Positions 42,541 to 51,232 of a DNA stretch of 64,000 bases are shown piece by piece. Source of the stretch: Pseudomonadota bacterium (GTDB lineage Bacteria > Myxococcota_A > UBA796 > GCA-2862545). The first letter of the stretch is position 1. Each line of letters begins with the position of its first letter. The stretch is taken from contig PKDJ01000181.1 of assembly GCA_002862545.1 (NCBI GenBank), positions 115 through 64,114 of the forward strand. Reading direction: 5' to 3'. Position numbers and translations under genes: made by a program. The notes below the pieces were generated by a model. It ran no database searches. It worked only from the letters and a program-made list of their open reading frames with translations, and was not told where the DNA came from.

Positions 42541-43796
42541 TCCCCGTCCTCGAACTCCCCGAGCAGTACGTTTCCGTCCACGAAGGTGGAGACGTTGCCG
42601 CTGTCGGCCTCGGCGCGCACGGCATGAGAGGCCAGGCCGGACACGTTGGCCAGGGTGTTCGACTCGATGGCCGTCTCGATGACCTCCTCCTGGAGGAACA
42701 CGGCGGCGATCCCATCGCAGGACCACTCGAACGCGGACGACAGCGCGGCGCACAGGGCGCTGTCCTGGATGGTGTTGTCGGTGATGAGGGAGCGGTCGCT
42801 CCGCAGCAGGTAGACGCCGTCGTAGAAGCTGCTGTCGATCAGGTTCCCCTGCACCGTCAGGTCCGAGGCGCCGTCGACCTCGATGCCGAACAGGCCACTG
42901 TTGACCACCACGTTGTCGAGCAGGGCCAGGCCGGGGCTGCGTGTGGTCACGTCGACCGGGTGGATGTCCTGTGGGCCGATCCGAATGCCGCTCGCGGCGC
43001 TGTCACGGATGGTGTTGCGCTCAACCGTCAGGTCGAAGCTCGGCAGGTTGATGGTCAGCCCGGGACCCGGTGCATCGGCGATCCAGTTGTCGATGACCGT
43101 GCTGTCGCGGCAGAGGAAGATGTTCAAGGTGCCGTCGATGACGTTGTCTTCGACGAGGCCCTCTTGCTGGCCGGCGAACACCATCGCGTCGCCGGCATGG
43201 CCGGACTGGATCTCGTTGCGTGCGATCACGTTGTTGGTGTTCAGAGCGCTGGTAGCGGTCAGATCGTCCAGGGTCCCGGCCGTGTGCTCGGGGCCTGCCG
43301 CGTAGACGGCCCACCGCTTGGTCGAGCCCAGGAAGCGGCTGTCCGTGACCACGGTATCGTCGACATCACCGAGGACGAGGGCGGCTTGAGCCTTGGCGGT
43401 CATGGCATCGATCGTGACGCCGGACAGGTGTGCACCGTCGGCGTAGATCCGCAGGCCGTCCGCGTTGGGATCGGCTTGGACGAGCACGACAGCGTCGGCA
43501 TCCTCGCCGACCATCCACACATCCTCCTCCGTGATGGTGAGAGGACCGTCGAGAACGTACTCTCCGGCGAGAATCTGGATGCGTCGCTCACCGGCGTCCA
43601 GGGCTTCCTCCGGGTGGAGGTAGTCGCCAGAGCCAGCCGCATCCACGATGACCCAGTCTAGGTCGCTGTCGGGCGGCTCCAGGGCAGACGGGGCGAGGCG
43701 GAGCCCCTCGTCAAGAGCCGTGGTGGCCTCATCCATCGTCGCGCAGCCCGTGATGAGCAGGGCGGCGAGCCAGCCATAGAGATGGACAGAGTTCAC
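42528..43796 (-). CDS. Lipoprotein with right-handed parallel beta-helix repeats (pectate-lyase/NosD/AlgG-like fold)
   Basis: 422 aa. Lipobox LLITGC. Repeated N/D-rich beta-helix rungs (NVIARNEIQSG.., VEDNVIDGT.., VIDNWIAD.., VERNTIRDS.., LLDNVVVNS.., VQGNLIDSS.., ITDNTIQDS..). Its 3' end overlaps the convergent giant gene by 13 nt. Confidence 0.8.
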   Translation of the reverse strand: MNSVHLYGWLAALLITGCATMDEATTALDEGLRLAPSALEPPDSDLDWVIVDAAGSGDYLHPEEALDAGERRIQILAGEYVLDGPLTITEEDVWMVGEDADAVVLVQADPNADGLRIYADGAHLSGVTIDAMTAKAQAALVLGDVDDTVVTDSRFLGSTKRWAVYAAGPEHTAGTLDDLTATSALNTNNVIARNEIQSGHAGDAMVFAGQQEGLVEDNVIDGTLNIFLCRDSTVIDNWIADAPGPGLTINLPSFDLTVERNTIRDSAASGIRIGPQDIHPVDVTTRSPGLALLDNVVVNSGLFGIEVDGASDLTVQGNLIDSSFYDGVYLLRSDRSLITDNTIQDSALCAALSSAFEWSCDGIAAVFLQEEVIETAIESNTLANVSGLASHAVRAEADSGNVSTFVDGNVLLGEFEDGDYLL

Positions 43797-43931
43797 GAGT
43801 CGCTCCTGGTTCTGGGTTCCAGAAGCAACGTGGTGCCAACACCCCCTGACTAGGCTGTCGGTCTTCTCGCTCAGACGGCGAAGCGGCAGGCCTGACGTGT
43901 ACCATCGGACTAAGGGAGTGCACCCCCCGGA

Positions 43932-44711
43932 GTGATGATGAACCCCGAGCGACCCGACCTATACACGGAAGACCGCCTCAAGGAGTGGGAGCGGATGGAT
44001 GGTGGCGATGGGGGCTTTCCCTTTCATCGTCAGCGCGTGGCTTTGGAGGCCCTCAAGGGCCTCGATGTCCGCTCGGATGCAGCGTTCGTCGACCTCGGCA
44101 GCGGCGATGGCCAGTTCGCGGCTGCCGTGAAGGAGCAGAGTCCAGGATGGTCGATCTCGCTCATCGACGGCTCGGAGGCGCAGCTCGCACGCGCGGCCAA
44201 GGTCTGCGTCGGGGCCAGCTGCGTTCAGGCCGATCTGAACCAGCCTCTACCGCTGGGCGACGATTCCATCGACGTGGTCCACGCCGGCGAGCTCATCGAG
44301 CACCTCTACAGCCCAGATGCCTTCCTGCGGGAGTGCCGGCGCGTCCTTCGCCCCGACGGGCACCTCGTGGTGACCACGCCGAACCTCTGCGCTTGGTACA
44401 ACCGGGTGTTGTTTCCCCTCGGTGTGTTGCCGATCTTCTACGAAATCTCGGCCGAGAGCACACAGTACGGCGTCGGCTTCCTTCGTGGGCTCAAGCAGAG
44501 TGACCAGCCGGTGGGGCACATTCGCGTGATGAACCACTCGGGCTTGGTCGAGATCCTGGAGGCCAATGGGTTCGACGTGGTGGACATGCGCACCGCGGTG
44601 TTCGACGTGAAGGCGCCGCTGCTCTTTCGGGTCGTCGATCGAGCGCTGCTCGGTGCTCCGAGCTTGGCCTCGAACTTCATCGCGGTCGCTCGCCCTCGGG
44701 GCAAGAGCTAG
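43932..44711 (+). CDS. Class I SAM-dependent methyltransferase
   Basis: 259 aa. SAM-binding motif I FVDLGSGDGQF and IDVVHAGELIEHL (methyltransferase type 11-like). Confidence 0.8.
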   Translation: MMMNPERPDLYTEDRLKEWERMDGGDGGFPFHRQRVALEALKGLDVRSDAAFVDLGSGDGQFAAAVKEQSPGWSISLIDGSEAQLARAAKVCVGASCVQADLNQPLPLGDDSIDVVHAGELIEHLYSPDAFLRECRRVLRPDGHLVVTTPNLCAWYNRVLFPLGVLPIFYEISAESTQYGVGFLRGLKQSDQPVGHIRVMNHSGLVEILEANGFDVVDMRTAVFDVKAPLLFRVVDRALLGAPSLASNFIAVARPRGKS

Positions 44712-44771
44712 CGTCCCTGCTCGCTGCGCCCTCGAGGCACTGTCGCGCGGGGTACGGCGCGACAGCTCGAG

Positions 44772-45599
44772 TCAGCCGACCTTCCGCCGCGGCATCGCCA
44801 CGCCCGGCGTGATGACCATGCGGCGCCGATGGGCGGCGAGCGAGTCCAGCAGGTACACGCCGAGGGACCGATTCCGGGCGATCTGAAGCGCGGAGAGGGA
44901 CAGCTGCAGGCCGTCTCGCACAGCGTTCACGGTGGAGGGGTCGTCTGCGAGCCGGTAGCGAACCGGCACAGACTCGATCGTGAAGCCCTGCTCAGCCGCG
45001 ATCACGAGGAGCTCGATGTCGAACGCGAAGCGCGTGACCGTGAGGTACTCGAAGATGTGGACCGCTTCCCGGCGGAAGCCCTTGAGGCCTGCCTGCGTGT
45101 CCTCGACGCAGGTGAGACCCAGGCGTCGAAGCACGTTGTTGAGGATGCGACCGTTGCGCTCGCGGCGGTTGGCCTGATCGAGTGTCGCCGTGCGCACCTC
45201 GGCGACGCTGTTCGTCGCTCGACGGTTGGCGATCACGACGTCGGCTCCGCCGATGAGCCGCTCGAGGAGCGTGTCGATCTCCGTGAGTGGGTACGCGAGG
45301 TCACAGTCCGTGAACACGCAGTACCGCCCGCGGGTCTCGCGCATGCCCTGGCGGACCGCACCACCCTTGCCGACATTTCTCGGCAGCCGGATGAGGGTGA
45401 CCCCGCTCCGGTGCGCGATGAACTCAGCCAAGCGGCTGCCGGTAGCATCGCTGCTGCCGTCGTCGACGATGATCAGCTCGCAGATCTCGGGTCGGTCGTC
45501 GAGGTACTCGAGGACCTCGGCGATGCGGGGGACGATCCACGACTCACAGTTGTAGACGGGCACAACGAGGGACAAGAAGACCCGGGCTTCGCTCAACAT
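44772..45599 (-). CDS. GT2 polyprenol/dolichol-phosphate sugar synthase-like glycosyltransferase (Ppm1/DPM1/ALG5-like)
   Basis: 275 aa. LSLVVPVYNCESWI, LIIVDDGSSDAT, RLPRNVGKGGAVRQGM, VFTDCDLAYP, TQAGLKGFRR and RFAFDIELLVIA..GFTIESVPVRY are collinear with polyprenyl-phosphate glycosyl synthases. Confidence 0.8.
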   Translation of the reverse strand: MLSEARVFLSLVVPVYNCESWIVPRIAEVLEYLDDRPEICELIIVDDGSSDATGSRLAEFIAHRSGVTLIRLPRNVGKGGAVRQGMRETRGRYCVFTDCDLAYPLTEIDTLLERLIGGADVVIANRRATNSVAEVRTATLDQANRRERNGRILNNVLRRLGLTCVEDTQAGLKGFRREAVHIFEYLTVTRFAFDIELLVIAAEQGFTIESVPVRYRLADDPSTVNAVRDGLQLSLSALQIARNRSLGVYLLDSLAAHRRRMVITPGVAMPRRKVG

Positions 45600-45916
45600 A
45601 GGAGTCTTCGGAGACGAAGCCGAGGCCGAGTGGGTAGTGCATCGAACATGGCAGCCTTGGGGGGGTAGGGTCGCATCGTAGGCAGCATACGCGTCAGGTC
45701 GCTGTCATCTGTGTCACTTCTCTGTCACACCAGCCATCTGTGTGCTTTCTAGCTGATCTTTATGATCCATGGAGCGCGGGGAACTCCTGGCGGAAGTCGG
45801 CCCGGCGGGGCGGAGGCGGCCCTCGCCTCGTCGCACTCCCCCAGCATGGCACTCTTCCGAGTCCTACGGCTCGCGCCTCGCTTGCATCCAGTGACGATGG
45901 TGACAATCGGTACGCG

Positions 45917-46750
45917 TCAGTGGTCGTGATCGCGGGCACATGCAGCGGCGTCTCCCTGCTCACAGCCTCTGTGCAGCAGTACGTGGGCCCGCTCCGGATC
46001 ACGTGGTCCCACCATGCCGGTGAGCCAGAGGTCAGCCGCGCCGATGCAGGACGCAGCGGCACCGAGCGTACAGGCGCGCTCCAGCAGGGACAGACCCGTC
46101 GGCCCATCTCCTTCGATTCCGTGACCCCGCACGAGCAGGGTGCCTAGGATCCCGCAGGCCTCGGCCGCGCCCAGGGCACAGGCCGCCTGCAGAGGCGTCT
46201 CGAGCTCTGCGGTGCGTGCACCGCCGATCCACTCGGCAGCGAGTGCGACACAGGCCTCGCTGCTTCCGGCGGCGCAGGTGGCCACGCGAGGGTCGCCAGA
46301 GAGTGAGCTGAGTGCCTGGCAGGCGGGTGCCGAGCCCGCGCGGCAGGCACGCGAGTACACCTCTCGTGCACCGTCGAGGTCCGGCTCACCATCATGGCCG
46401 TGCTCGAGCATCCAGCCGAGGTCCGTGCAGGAGTCCATCCGCGTGGCCTGGCACAGCTGTGCCATGGCGCCGCGGGCCGTTCCTGGGGCCAGCGGCACCG
46501 GTGCCTGCTCGAGCAGCGACCACCGCGTGAGCAGCTCACAGGCGTCGAGCGCGCCCGCGGTGCAGGCCTCCGCGATCAGTGGCGCTGCACGGTCATCTCC
46601 CGTCTCCGCCAGCGCGCTCGCGGCCTCGACGCACGCGGAGACATCCTCACCCTTCGAGCAGGTGCGCTTCGTGGTGCCCCAGGGGCCGGCGAGGGCTGCG
46701 AGTGTGAAGAGGACGATCACGCGTCGCCATCGCTCAGGCGCAAGCGCCAC
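45917..46750 (-). CDS. Sel1-like repeat protein with paired cysteines (Hcp-like)
   Basis: 277 aa with an N-terminal hydrophobic signal. Repeated A.C..G...AC..L motifs (ACTAGALDACELL; ACRAGSAPACQAL; CAAGSSEACVAL; ACALGAAEACGIL; ACTLGAAASCIG; GCEQGDAAACA). The annotated start overlaps the cysS end by 34 nt. Confidence 0.7.
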   Translation of the reverse strand: MALAPERWRRVIVLFTLAALAGPWGTTKRTCSKGEDVSACVEAASALAETGDDRAAPLIAEACTAGALDACELLTRWSLLEQAPVPLAPGTARGAMAQLCQATRMDSCTDLGWMLEHGHDGEPDLDGAREVYSRACRAGSAPACQALSSLSGDPRVATCAAGSSEACVALAAEWIGGARTAELETPLQAACALGAAEACGILGTLLVRGHGIEGDGPTGLSLLERACTLGAAASCIGAADLWLTGMVGPRDPERAHVLLHRGCEQGDAAACARDHDH

Positions 46751-48207
46751 TCGGTTCCTGCCGCCGTGTCCCGCACCTCGACGCCCCAGCCCGAGAGCTC
46801 GTCGCGGATGGCGTCGGACGCCGACCAGTCCTTCGCCTGCCGTGCGGCGGTCCGCTCCGCGATCTTGGCCTCTACGGCTGCTGCGTCGAGCCCGAGTGCG
46901 CCCAGGCGCTTGGCCTTGACCTCGTCTTGGAAGGCCTCGGTGGTCAGGGACAGGAGGCCCAGTGCCTCGGAGAGCACCTGCAGGCCGGCGAGGGCGGGCG
47001 CCACGATGGGGCCGCCGCGCTTGCGTGCCTTCTTGTGCGTCGCGAAGCGGTTGATGGCGCGTGCGAGTTCGAAGGCGTGCCCGAGGGCGAGCGAGGTGTT
47101 GAAGTCGTCGTCCAGAGCGGCGTGCATGCGCTCAACGAACGAGCGCCCGAGCTCCAGGACGGCAGCTGCGTCATCGCCCAGGGCACTCGCGACCTCGTCC
47201 GCATCTTGCTGGCCTCCGAAGCTCTCAGCGACCTCCCGAGCGTCGTAGAGACGCGCGAGCTTGGCCAGCGCATCGGTGAGGCTCTCGTTGCCGAGCCAGA
47301 GCAGCGGGGAGCGGTAGTGGTTCTGGAGCTGGTAGAGGCGAATGGCCTCGGCCGGGAAGCGGGTCATGGCGTCCCGAATGGCAAACATGTTGCCCTCGGA
47401 CTTACCCATCTTGCGGCCGCCGGGGACCACGAGCAGGCCGTTGTGCATCCAGATCTTGGCGTAGTGGGCGTGGTTGCCACACTCGGACTGGGCGATCTCG
47501 TTCTCGTGGTGGGGGAAGACGAGGTCGAGCCCACCACCGTGGATGTCGAAGGTCGCGCCGAGGGTCTCGTGGGCCATGGCCGAGCACTCGATGTGCCAGC
47601 CAGGGCGTCCGGGACCCCAGGGGCTCTCCCAGGAGGGCTCTCCAGGCTTGACCGCCTTCCACAAGGCGAAGTCGCGTGGGCTGCGCTTGCCGCCGAAGGA
47701 GTCGGGGTTCGAGAGGCCCTCCTCGTCCCGGCCGGAGAGCTTGCCGTACTCCGAGAACGACGCGACATCGAACCAGACGTTGCCGTCGGCCTCGTAGGCA
47801 TGGTCGTCGGCGACCAGGCGGCCGATGAGCGCCTGGATGGACTCCATGGAGGTCGACACGCGAGGCTCGACGGATGGCTGCAGCAGGCCGAGGGAGGACA
47901 TGTCCTCGTGGAAGCGATCGATGTAGCGCTGGGCCCAGGCGAGGGGCTCGACGCCCGCCTCGCTCGCGCGGGCGATGATCTTGTCGTCGACATCCGTGAA
48001 GTTGCGAACGAAGGTGACGTCCCAGGCGCGGTAGCGGAGGTAGCGCACGAAGGCGTCAAACACGACCATCGCACGCGCGTGACCGACGTGGCAGTCGTCG
48101 TACACCGTCATCCCGCACACGTAGAGCCCGACGTGACCAGGCCTGAGGGGCTCGAAGTCCTCCACGTTCCGGCTCAGCGAGTTGTAGATGCGAAACGGCG
48201 CGGGCAT
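46717..48207 (-). CDS. cysS: Cysteine--tRNA ligase
   Basis: Start taken at ATG 48207 (MPAPFRIYNSLSR..). HIGH motif (CHVGHARA), KMSKS motif (KMGKSEGN) and full-length collinearity with CysS. Confidence 0.95.
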   Translation of the reverse strand: MPAPFRIYNSLSRNVEDFEPLRPGHVGLYVCGMTVYDDCHVGHARAMVVFDAFVRYLRYRAWDVTFVRNFTDVDDKIIARASEAGVEPLAWAQRYIDRFHEDMSSLGLLQPSVEPRVSTSMESIQALIGRLVADDHAYEADGNVWFDVASFSEYGKLSGRDEEGLSNPDSFGGKRSPRDFALWKAVKPGEPSWESPWGPGRPGWHIECSAMAHETLGATFDIHGGGLDLVFPHHENEIAQSECGNHAHYAKIWMHNGLLVVPGGRKMGKSEGNMFAIRDAMTRFPAEAIRLYQLQNHYRSPLLWLGNESLTDALAKLARLYDAREVAESFGGQQDADEVASALGDDAAAVLELGRSFVERMHAALDDDFNTSLALGHAFELARAINRFATHKKARKRGGPIVAPALAGLQVLSEALGLLSLTTEAFQDEVKAKRLGALGLDAAAVEAKIAERTAARQAKDWSASDAIRDELSGWGVEVRDTAAGTEWRLRLSDGDA

Positions 48208-48311
48208 CCTCGTCCTCCATGGGGCGCCCCCGCGTAATCCCGCGAGGCGCTGTGCGCTTGTGCGAGCAGGGCACGGGACTGTGAGCGGCGCCTGGAGACC
48301 AGGGGGGCGGA

Positions 48312-49628
48312 TCAGGTCGCGTCGACGACGTGGGCCCTCAGGGTCGGCTCGACCGACACGGGCACCGACACCCGGGCATGCCAGCCGTCGTCGTGCCACG
48401 CCTCGGTCAGGACCTCCCCGTGCTCGCGGACGAGCGCAGCCAGGCGCGCGTCGGCGTGCGGAACACGCAGCGAGAGCTCCGACCAGTCCGCTGCGCGTCG
48501 ATCGGCGACGACACGGGCGAGCCGATCGAGGCCGTCGCCTGAATGAGCGCTGATTCGCACCGCGTGCGGCATCGCCGCCTCGAGGTCGGCGAGGGCGAGC
48601 GTGTCCTCGACGGCGTCGAGCTTGTTGAGCACGGGCAGGATGCGATCGGCCGGCACGTCGAGTGCTCGGAGGACCTCATCGACGGCTCGTACCTGGGAGA
48701 GCGCCTCGGGATGCGAGGCGTCGATCACATGCAGGAGCAGATCGGCATGGAGTGCCTCGGCGAGCGTCGAGCGGAAGCTGGCGACGAGATGGTGGGGCAG
48801 GTCGCGGACGAAGCCGACCGTGTCGGACAGGGGGATGTCGACCCCCGGCTGCACCTGCCAGCGTCGGATCACGGTGTCGAGAGTCGCGAAGAGCTGGTCG
48901 GCGGCGTACGTCCCCGCATTCGTCAGCGCGTTCATCAGGGTCGACTTCCCGGCGTTGGTGTATCCGACCAGGCCGACACACCAGGCCTTGTGCACGCGCG
49001 CCAGTACCTGCCGCTCCCGCCGGGCCTCGATGCTGCGGAGCTCGTCCTGCAGGCGCGACAGCCGTCGCTGCACGATGCGGCGGTCGATCTCGATCTGCTT
49101 CTCGCCCGGGCCACGTGTGCCCATGCCGCCGAAGCCGCCCGTGCCGGCCTGCCGCTCGAGGTGGGACCACATTCCCCGCAGTCGCGGGGCGGTGTACTCG
49201 AGCTGAGCCAGCTCGACCTGGAGCTTCGCCTCTCGGGTCCGAGCACGGCTCGCGAAGATGTCGAGGATGAGCTCGCTTCGGTCGATCACCCTGCACTTGA
49301 CCCGCTTCTCGAGCTCTCGGATCTGGGCCGGTGTCAGCTCGTTGTCGAACACGACGATGTCGGCGCAGTGGTCGAAGACCGCCTCGGCGACCTCCGCGAC
49401 CTTGCCTCGACCGATGTGCGTGGCGGGATCCACCGGCCGGGATCGGGGGCTGTAGCCTCCTCCCGTGCCGCGGCGCTGGATCACCCGTCCGACGGCCTCA
49501 CCGTTCGCGGCGCTCACCAGCGAGGCAAGCTCGTCGAGCAGGCGATCGGCCTCGATGCGAAGGTTCGTGGGGTAGAGGCCGACGAGGACGGCCTTCTCGG
49601 ACTGTACGGATGCTGCAGATTCGAACAT
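48312..49628 (-). CDS. hflX: GTPase HflX
   Basis: 438 aa. HflX N-domain (..VFDNELTPAQIRELE..), G1 GYTNAGKSTLMNAL and G3 DTVGF. Confidence 0.95.
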   Translation of the reverse strand: MFESAASVQSEKAVLVGLYPTNLRIEADRLLDELASLVSAANGEAVGRVIQRRGTGGGYSPRSRPVDPATHIGRGKVAEVAEAVFDHCADIVVFDNELTPAQIRELEKRVKCRVIDRSELILDIFASRARTREAKLQVELAQLEYTAPRLRGMWSHLERQAGTGGFGGMGTRGPGEKQIEIDRRIVQRRLSRLQDELRSIEARRERQVLARVHKAWCVGLVGYTNAGKSTLMNALTNAGTYAADQLFATLDTVIRRWQVQPGVDIPLSDTVGFVRDLPHHLVASFRSTLAEALHADLLLHVIDASHPEALSQVRAVDEVLRALDVPADRILPVLNKLDAVEDTLALADLEAAMPHAVRISAHSGDGLDRLARVVADRRAADWSELSLRVPHADARLAALVREHGEVLTEAWHDDGWHARVSVPVSVEPTLRAHVVDAT

Positions 49629-49875
49629 GGCTCACTCTCACACGACTAGGGGTACGTCAGCCATGCGCGGTCCAGAAGACCAGGTAGGTCCCAGACGTCA
49701 CGACGGGTGACGAAGACGGCGCGCACGGCAACGGCGTGGGGCCGATGCGTCATCGACCACCACGAGGGGGCAGGATCAGGCGATCAAGCCAGGCGCGTGC
49801 AGAACATCCCATCTCCGCTCATGGGTGAAAGCTAGAGCCGCAGTGCTTGGGAGGCAAGACCGAAGCGGCCTCGGC

Positions 49876-50313
49876 TCAGCTTCGCTGCATCCGGACGCTG
49901 GACCGGTCGGCGAAGGGCCCACCCGGAATGCCCCAGGCGTAGGCGAGGGTGATGCCGTCATGGTGCAGGGTGATGGTCAGGGCGCGACGGAAGGTGTCTG
50001 TGGCGTGCGGATCACCGTGGGTAAAGGTGAACACTCCGTCGCCCGTGCGCGTGAGCGCATGCTCCGTGACCGTCGGGTGACCGCTCGAGAGGGCCCACAG
50101 GCCGAGACCTGCGGAGGCGCGCGGCGCGATCCAGCAGCGCTCCTCGTGGTAGGTCGTGCCGTCGATCCCCGTCGCGCGAAACCAGGTAGTGAGGCCGCGC
50201 TCCCCGAGGAGGGGCTCGAGGATCAGCTCGCCGTGAAAGGGCTGGTCTTCGTAGTTGATGCCGTGGCCGGCGAACGTTCCGCAGTGCCGGATGAGAGTGT
50301 CGAGGTGGCTCAT
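49876..50313 (-). CDS. Hypothetical small beta-rich protein
   Basis: 145 aa with high GC3. Located 11 nt downstream of the preceding gene, so probably the same operon. Vague resemblance to lipocalin/nitrobindin-like barrels only. Confidence 0.5.
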   Translation of the reverse strand: MSHLDTLIRHCGTFAGHGINYEDQPFHGELILEPLLGERGLTTWFRATGIDGTTYHEERCWIAPRASAGLGLWALSSGHPTVTEHALTRTGDGVFTFTHGDPHATDTFRRALTITLHHDGITLAYAWGIPGGPFADRSSVRMQRS

Positions 50314-50324
50314 GACGTAGGAGT

Positions 50325-51155
50325 CTACCCTCCGCGAGGGTCGGCGTCGTCGGGTTCTGTGGTCGACGGCTGCTCAGCTCCGTCGTCGTCGGGCGCTGAG
50401 GCGGGCTCGGGCTCGACGCGGGTGGCCGTCTCCTCGGGCTCGACGGGGGCGGGGCTCTCTTCGGTCGGCTCGGGCTGAGGCACCGGTCCGACGCCCTCGA
50501 TGATCTCGGGCTCGACCCACGGCTCAGGGGGCTCGCCCAGGCGCACGCCGACTTGGAGCCCGAGTCGCCATGCGCTGCTGTTGCCGTCGAGGCCGTAGCA
50601 GGTGCCGAGCTGGCCGCACTGGGCATTGACCCGGCGGTTGTAGATGGCGGCGTGGCCGCTCCAGCGCATCGCGATGAAGGGCCGCGCTGGACGCTGGCCG
50701 GGCAGCTCGATTCCCAGCTCTCCGTGCAGCGATGGGCCCTGGAAGGGCGTGTAGAGGTAGTCCAGCGCCCGCGTGCCGTTGTTTCCGAAGGCCCAGCCCA
50801 GGCCGGCCTGGGCCCACGGCCAGGCGACATCGGTGCGCGCCCCGGTGAGGCCGCGCCGCCAGGCGAGCGATGCACCACCCCAGACCTCGGTCGAGCCAAA
50901 CTCCTTGGCGCCGGACTTGCGGGTCCAGCGAACGCGGCGGCTTCCGAGCTCGACGTCGGCGACCCAGCTGGTGCCTCGTCGGCCTCCCAGCCCGATCGCC
51001 GTTCCACCGAAGACATTCCAGAAGGCGGTCTGCTTGAAGAGCTTGCCTTCAGAGGAGGTGATCTGCCACGCCGACCGGTGGACCAGCGGTCGCTCCAGGC
51101 GGACGTCGACCGAGGGGCCGGCGAGCGCGTTCGACAGCAGCAAGGTCCAGAGCAT
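50325..51155 (-). CDS. Secreted beta-rich protein with acidic Pro/Glu-rich C-terminal tail
   Basis: 276 aa with a GGAGGAG RBS. Short signal MLWTLLLSNALA. Aromatic/Gly-rich beta-strand pattern, then PEPWVEPEIIEGVGPVPQPEPTEESPAPVEPEE... Confidence 0.6.
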   Translation of the reverse strand: MLWTLLLSNALAGPSVDVRLERPLVHRSAWQITSSEGKLFKQTAFWNVFGGTAIGLGGRRGTSWVADVELGSRRVRWTRKSGAKEFGSTEVWGGASLAWRRGLTGARTDVAWPWAQAGLGWAFGNNGTRALDYLYTPFQGPSLHGELGIELPGQRPARPFIAMRWSGHAAIYNRRVNAQCGQLGTCYGLDGNSSAWRLGLQVGVRLGEPPEPWVEPEIIEGVGPVPQPEPTEESPAPVEPEETATRVEPEPASAPDDDGAEQPSTTEPDDADPRGG

Positions 51156-51232
51156 GAGGACTCCTCCTAGGACAGCTTAGCCGGCGGGTGGGGGATTGTG
51201 GGCTCGGGCGCCCTCGGCGATCCGGTGACCGC

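Noticed and set aside
42516-43661. 381-aa plus-strand ORF opposite the beta-helix gene
   Set aside because: The minus-strand frame has a lipobox, regular beta-helix rungs and strongly G/C-ending codons. The plus-strand frame is G/D/V/A/H-rich with no features.
46927-49649. Plus-strand ORFs 46927..48237 (436 aa) and 48543..49649 (368 aa)
   Set aside because: Antisense to cysS and hflX, which are unambiguous (HIGH/KMSKS motifs; GTPase G motifs).
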